Source: an uncultured Rikenellaceae bacterium
Lineage (GTDB): Bacteria; Bacteroidota; Bacteroidia; Bacteroidales; VadinHA17
Direction: 5' to 3'
Length of the DNA: 64,000 nucleotides
Assembly (NCBI GenBank): GCA_963818525.1
Contig: CAWFSO010000005.1
Span: 870,272-934,271 of the forward strand
The translations under genes and the position numbers were made by a program. This document shows positions 59,049 to 64,000 of the stretch, in pieces; within the stretch, counting starts at the first letter, position 1; every line of letters starts with the position of its first letter. A model generated the notes under the pieces. The model was not told the DNA's origin and did not search any database. It saw only the letters and a program-made list of their open reading frames with translations.

Positions 59049-59085
59049 CCCCGCGCATCGAACGCGTTATTGTCCGGCCCAACTT

Positions 59086-59846
59086 TCAGTAGACGGCGCG
59101 ACCGCCGGAGAGATCGAAGACCGCGCCGGTCGAGAACGAGCATTCCTCCGAGCACGAGCCAGGCGATCATCGCCGCGACCTCGTCGACGCGGCCGAAGCG
59201 GCCCAGCGGGATCTTCGACAGCATGAAGTCGATGTGCTGCTGGCGTCATCTGGTCGAAGATCGGCGTCGCGACGGCGGCCGGCGTCACGCAGTTGACGCC
59301 GGATGCTCGGTACGCCGCCAGTCTCCTTGCCGAGCGACTTGGTCAGCCCGATGACGCCGGCCTTGGAGGCGCTATAGGCGCGACGCATTCGGGATTGCCC
59401 TCCTTGCCGGCGATCGAGGCGATGTTGACGATGCGGCCGTAGTCGGTCTGCGAGCATCATCGGGCACCGACGGCCCGGTTGCAGAGGAACACGCCGTTGA
59501 CGTTGATCTCGAGCACCTGCCGCCATTCGGCCGGTCGTATTCGCAGGTGGGCTGATTGGGCCCGGTGATGCCGGCGCTGCAGACGAGGATGTCGATGCGA
59601 CCGAAGCGGCGCGACGGTATCGGCGGTGGCGCGCGCGACGCACCGAGGCCGCGTCGGTGACGTCGACCTCGACCGCCGGTGCCCCCCGGACGACCGCCGC
59701 CAAGCCTCGCGCGCGGCCTGCGCCTTCGGTCCCAAACGGCGACCCGGGCGCCGCTGGCGGCGAATCGCTGCGCGACGCCGAGTCCGATACCGGAGGCACC
59801 GCCGGTGACGATCGCGCTGCGGCCCGCGCAGGTCGATCTGGTTCAT
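59086..59846 (-). CDS. SDR oxidoreductase (frameshifted)
   Basis: AIVTGGASGIG, YSASKAGVIGLTKSLGKE, KIPLGRFG, FDLSGGRAVY. Confidence 0.85.
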
Positions 59847-59942
59847 GGCCGCTCCGTTGAGCGTCCCGATGCGCCGGTGCGTAGGGTTCGATGCGAGTAC
59901 AATACCGCGAGATGTTGCCGGCCCTGTCAGGGGGAGTTTCGC

Positions 59943-60916
59943 ATGAAAGTCCTGTTCACCGACCACGACATGATCGACATCTCGCTCGAGCGCAGCTCCT
60001 CGCCGAAGCCGGCATCGAGCTGGTCGAGGCCCAGTGCAGGAACGAGGAGAAGTGATCCGGATGGCCGATGTCGACGCGCTGCTGATCCGTTCGCCCCGGT
60101 CGACGAGCGGGTCTTCGTGCGCGCCCAAGGTCGGCATGGTCGCGGATCGGCGCCGGTTACGACACGATCACGTCGACGACGCGACCCGCCATGGCGTATG
60201 GGTCGCGAATTCGCCGGACTACGGGGTCGGCGAGGTCGCGACCCACGCGCTCGCACTGATGCTGGCGGTGCTGCGCAACGTGGTGCGCTACGACCGCGAC
60301 ATCCACGACGGCAGGTGGCACTACACGACACCGGGGGTGATCCCGCGGGCGTCGAACCTGACCATCGGCATCCTGGGCCTCGGGCCGCATCGGCAAGCGC
60401 TTCGCACACCTGTCGCGCAACATCTTCAAGCGGGTGATCGGGTGCGACCCCCATCTGATCGACGGCGATTTCCCAGCCTACGTCGAGCGCGTGAACCTCG
60501 ATGAGCTGTTCCGGCAGGCCGACGCGGTCTCGATCCACTGCCTGCTCAACGAGGAGACCCGCGGCATGGTCGACGCCCGGCTGCTGCGGCTGATGAAGCA
60601 GGGCGCCTATCTCGTCAACACCGCGCGCGGCGCGATCGTCGACATCGACGCGCTGACCGCGGTGATGCGCGAGCATCGCCTGGGCGGCGTCGGTCTAGAT
60701 GTGCTGCCGATCGAGCCGGTGCCGGACGACCTGCCGCTGCTGGAAGACCGCCGCGTGCTGTTCACGCCGCACGCCGCGTTCTACTCCGCCGAGTCCGAGA
60801 TCGAGCTGCGCCGCAAGGCCGCGACGAATATCGTCACCTGGATGCGCACCGGCCGGCCCGACTATCCGGTCGTGCCGGGCACCCGACCTCCGCCCGGTCT
60901 CAGTCGTTCGAATTGA
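59943..60916 (+). CDS. CtBP-like D-2-hydroxyacid dehydrogenase (frameshifted)
   Basis: NSPDYGVGEVATHA, GILGLG, VNTARG, TPHAAFYS. Confidence 0.85.
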
Positions 60917-60992
60917 CCGATCCGGGCACCGGCGTTCATGATGCCGGAGTGCGTACCCGTCGTGACAATGAAAAATAATATGGAGCCTTCCA

Positions 60993-62256
60993 ATGAGCAT
61001 CAACCGAAGACGCTTCCTTGGCAGCGCGGCGGCCGCCTCGCTCTGCGTGGCAGCCCCTGCCGTATTGGGCGCGGCGCGACCCCGCGTCGTCATCGTCGGC
61101 GGTGGCCCGGAGGCGCGACGGCAGCGCGGTATCTCGCCAAGGACAGCAAGGGCGCGATCGATGTGGTGCTCGTCGAACCGACGCGGGAGTACTACACCTG
61201 CGTCTTTTCGAACCTGTACCTTGGAGGCCTGCGCGACTTGGAAAGTCTCGGTCACCGCTATACGCGTCTTGCGACCGACTACGGCGTCGACGTCGTGCAC
61301 GATTGGGCGATCGGCGTGGACACCGCCAGCAGAACGGTCGCCTCGCCGGCGGCGAGTCACTGCGTTACGACAAGCTCATTCTGTCGCCCGGCATCGATTT
61401 CATACCCGATACGATTCCCGGCTGGGATCTCGCGGCCCAGCAGCGCATGCCCCATGCCTTCAAAGGGGGCACGCAGGCGGCGCTGCTCAGGAAACAGATC
61501 GAGAGCATGCGCGCCGGGGGCCTGTTCGTGATGATCGCTCCGCCAGACCCTTCCCGATGTCCGCCCGCGCCGTACGAACGGGTCAGCATGGTCGCCCACC
61601 TCCTCAAACAGAAGAACCCGACGGCCAAGATCATGGTGCTCGACACCAAGAGCGCGTTCGTGAAGCAGGCCCTGTTCCAGGATGGTTGGTCGCGCCATTA
61701 CCCGGGCATGATCGAGTGGGTTCCCAAGGAAATGACCGGCGCCATCAAGGGCGTGAACGCCGACACGATGGAGATCATGCTCGACGGCGAAACGCTGCGG
61801 GCCGACGTCGTCAACGTGATTCCCGCGCAGAAGGCCGGGCGTATCGCCGAGCTCGCGGGCCTGACCGACGCGAAGGGCTGGGCGCCCGTCATTCCCCATT
61901 CGATGCAGAGCCGAATGAACGAACACGTCTACGTGCTCGGCGATGCGGCTCAACAGGGCGAAATGCCCAAGACCGCCTTCGCGGCCAACTCGCAGGCCAC
62001 GGTCTGCGCCAACGCCGTGCGCGGCGTGCTGACCGGCAGCAAGGTGGTCCCGGCGCAATACTTCGCGACCTGCTGGTCGCTGATTGCAGTGAATGACGGC
62101 ATCAAGGTCGGTGGGTTCTATGAACCCACTGATGAAAAGATCGTCGCAGTCGACCATTTCGTCTCCAGGTCGGAAGAGGATCCGGCGTTTCGCAAGGCCA
62201 CCTACGAAGAGAGCCTGGACTGGTACGACGGTATGACCCTGGACGTGTTCGGCTGA
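60993..62256 (+). CDS. Tat-exported flavocytochrome c sulfide dehydrogenase flavoprotein (FccB/SoxF-like; frameshifted)
   Basis: Tat signal SINRRRFL, VVIVGGG, YYTCVFSN, RCPPAPYER, MPKTAFAANSQA, TCWSLIA. Confidence 0.85.
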
Positions 62257-62303
62257 CTGGTCCGTGTCCGGCTGACTGGTCCGTGTCCGGCTGACTGGTC
62301 CGT
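62250..62303. repeat. Perfect 19-bp tandem repeat, about 2.8 copies
   Basis: Unit CGGCTGACTGGTCCGTGTC; the first copy contains the fccB stop codon. Confidence 0.9.
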
Positions 62304-62357
62304 TTTCGAATGACCGCTGCGGGTTCGGCCGACCTGCACGTCTTCGGCTGACCAGCC

Positions 62358-63713
62358 TCAGCGAGGTCGGGGTGGCGGCGCGGCGAACGGCAGCGACACC
62401 TCGAAACAGCTGCCGCCGCCCTCATGCGCCAGGCAGACGGCATCGCCGCCGTGGTGGCGCGCAATCTGGCGAACGAGCGCCAAGCCCAGGCCGACGCCAC
62501 CGCTCTTCTCGCTCGCGCCGCGCGCCCGATAGAACGGCTCGAAGATGCGTTCGCGTTCGTCCTGCGGGACACCCGGGCCGCGATCACAGACCGACAGACG
62601 CACGAGACCCGAGGCCGCTTCACGGCTGAGACCGACCCGAACCGAGTCGCGGTCCCCGCCGTGCCGAAGCGCATTTTCGAGCAGATTGCGTATCATCCGG
62701 CGCAACAGTCGCGTGTCGCCGGTGATGTCCAGCGAACCGGTATCCGGTTCGAGATCAACACGGGCGCACTCTTCCGCCAGCAGGCCGCCCAGGTCACAGG
62801 CATCCCATCGTGACCTCGCGTCACGCAGCGCCGCGCCATCGGTGTCGGTGGCCTGCAGGCGCGACGCCATCAGCACTTCATCGACCAGTTCGTCGAGCTC
62901 ACCCACGTTGCGCAACAACTCGGCCTGGGTCCGATCGCGATCGGCTGCGCTGCGGTCGGTGCGCATGAGCAGTTCGACGGCGACTCGGATACGCGCCAGC
63001 GGCGAGCGCAATTCGTGCGAGGCGTTGGCGAGCAGGCTGCGCTGCGCGAGCATCAGCGCGGCGACACGATCCGCAGTCTGGTTGAAGTGGCGGGCCAGAC
63101 CACCCAGTTCGTCGCGGCCGCGAACGTGCGCACGGGCGTTCAGATCGCCCGCACCGAACGCATCGACCGACTTCTGCAGCGACTCGAAGCGGCGTGTCAG
63201 CCGGCGCGCCGGAAACCACGCCGCGACCGCCACCGCCACGCCGATGAGCACGAGCATGCCCAGCACGCCGAACGGGCTGCCCGGCCCGCCCCCGAAATGA
63301 CCCGGCCGTGCATTCAGGATACCGAGGAACCGGCCGCCTTCGAGCGGCAGCAGTTCCATACCCTCGCGCCAATACAGTCGCCAGACGCGCCGCGCGCTCG
63401 CCCGCATCGTGTCCTCGGGCGCAAGTACCGGAAAGCCGTCGCCCGTCTGCGCGATGATCGACCCGTTTGCATCGTACAAGGCGAGATCGGCAGCCAGCCG
63501 ATCTCGCCATCGGTTCAGCGCTCGTTCGAGTTCACTGCGCGACGCATCGGGCGGCAGTATCTCGCTCACCAGACCCGTGACAACCGTTCCGAAGCGGATG
63601 CCATTGTCGGCTTCGTGGTTGGACAAGATCTTCCAGCTGATGCCGGTCAATACCCCGAACAGCACCAGACTCGCCAGCACCATCAGGTAGATCTTGACGA
63701 AGAGCCGGTGCAT
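62358..63713 (-). CDS. HAMP-domain sensor histidine kinase
   Basis: Two TM helices, HAMP, ASHELRSPL, NLLENA, DRGPG, GVGLGL. Confidence 0.92.
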   Translation of the reverse strand: MHRLFVKIYLMVLASLVLFGVLTGISWKILSNHEADNGIRFGTVVTGLVSEILPPDASRSELERALNRWRDRLAADLALYDANGSIIAQTGDGFPVLAPEDTMRASARRVWRLYWREGMELLPLEGGRFLGILNARPGHFGGGPGSPFGVLGMLVLIGVAVAVAAWFPARRLTRRFESLQKSVDAFGAGDLNARAHVRGRDELGGLARHFNQTADRVAALMLAQRSLLANASHELRSPLARIRVAVELLMRTDRSAADRDRTQAELLRNVGELDELVDEVLMASRLQATDTDGAALRDARSRWDACDLGGLLAEECARVDLEPDTGSLDITGDTRLLRRMIRNLLENALRHGGDRDSVRVGLSREAASGLVRLSVCDRGPGVPQDERERIFEPFYRARGASEKSGGVGLGLALVRQIARHHGGDAVCLAHEGGGSCFEVSLPFAAPPPRPR

Positions 63714-63723
63714 GCGCGTCCGA

Positions 63724-64000
63724 TCAGTCCTGCGCGCGCGCGAACACGTAGCCCGCACCGCGCACGGTGATCAGGCGACGCGGGCGCGGCGGATCGTCCT
63801 CGATCGCCGCCCGGATCTTGCGCCACATGCACATCGATGGCGCGATCCTGCGCTTCGCCGCCTTCGGCCCCCATCAGCGAGAACAGCTGTTCGCGCGACA
63901 GCACACGGCCGGCTCGTTCGGCCAGCACCAGCAGCAGGTCGAACTGGCGCGCGGTCAGCACGCGCGCTCGCCGGCCACGCGCACCTGGCGCGCGCCGCGA
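63724..64000 (-). CDS. OmpR-family response regulator, C-terminal winged helix (partial, frameshifted)
   Basis: LTARQFDLL, GRVLSREQL, DRAIDVHV, ITVRGAGYVFARAQD. Confidence 0.88.

Overview
The window joins two unrelated DNA segments at about 37015-37020. Left (1-37020; AT-rich, roughly 40% GC by eye) is Bacteroidota-like. It holds a ~26 kb surface-polysaccharide operon: Wzm/Wzt, a Wzy/WaaL-like membrane protein, about nine glycosyltransferase genes, a methyltransferase, a FemAB/GNAT protein, two deacetylase-like genes, an RmlD-like reductase, a VOC protein, an SAF-oxidoreductase, acyltransferases and an ACP-FabH-FabG module. Two paralogous secreted beta-helix/Ig proteins bracket the operon and share a 46-bp upstream motif. 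Two FISUMP lipoproteins and a CapD/PglF-like dehydratase follow; the dehydratase is cut off mid-domain at the junction. Right (37020-64000; roughly 65-70% GC by eye) is Betaproteobacteria-like backbone: nrdA with tandem NrdR boxes, ampD, pilR/pilS, PP0621, ypjD, ffh, an FAD oxidoreductase, mgtE, a Zn-protease/rimK/AstE-AspA/racemase-like cluster, slt, proS, rppH, CNP1, three dehydrogenases, an fccB/soxF-like gene and a two-component system. Many genes, including essential ones, carry frameshifts that look like long-read consensus errors. No rRNA, tRNA, CRISPR array, IS or integrase was recognised. The junction is most likely a chimera. The best candidates for new biology are the acyl/aminoacyl glycan-decoration module, the shared ECF-like promoter/leader motif, and the rimK-mgtE-racemase cluster. 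Ends of frameshifted genes are approximate.
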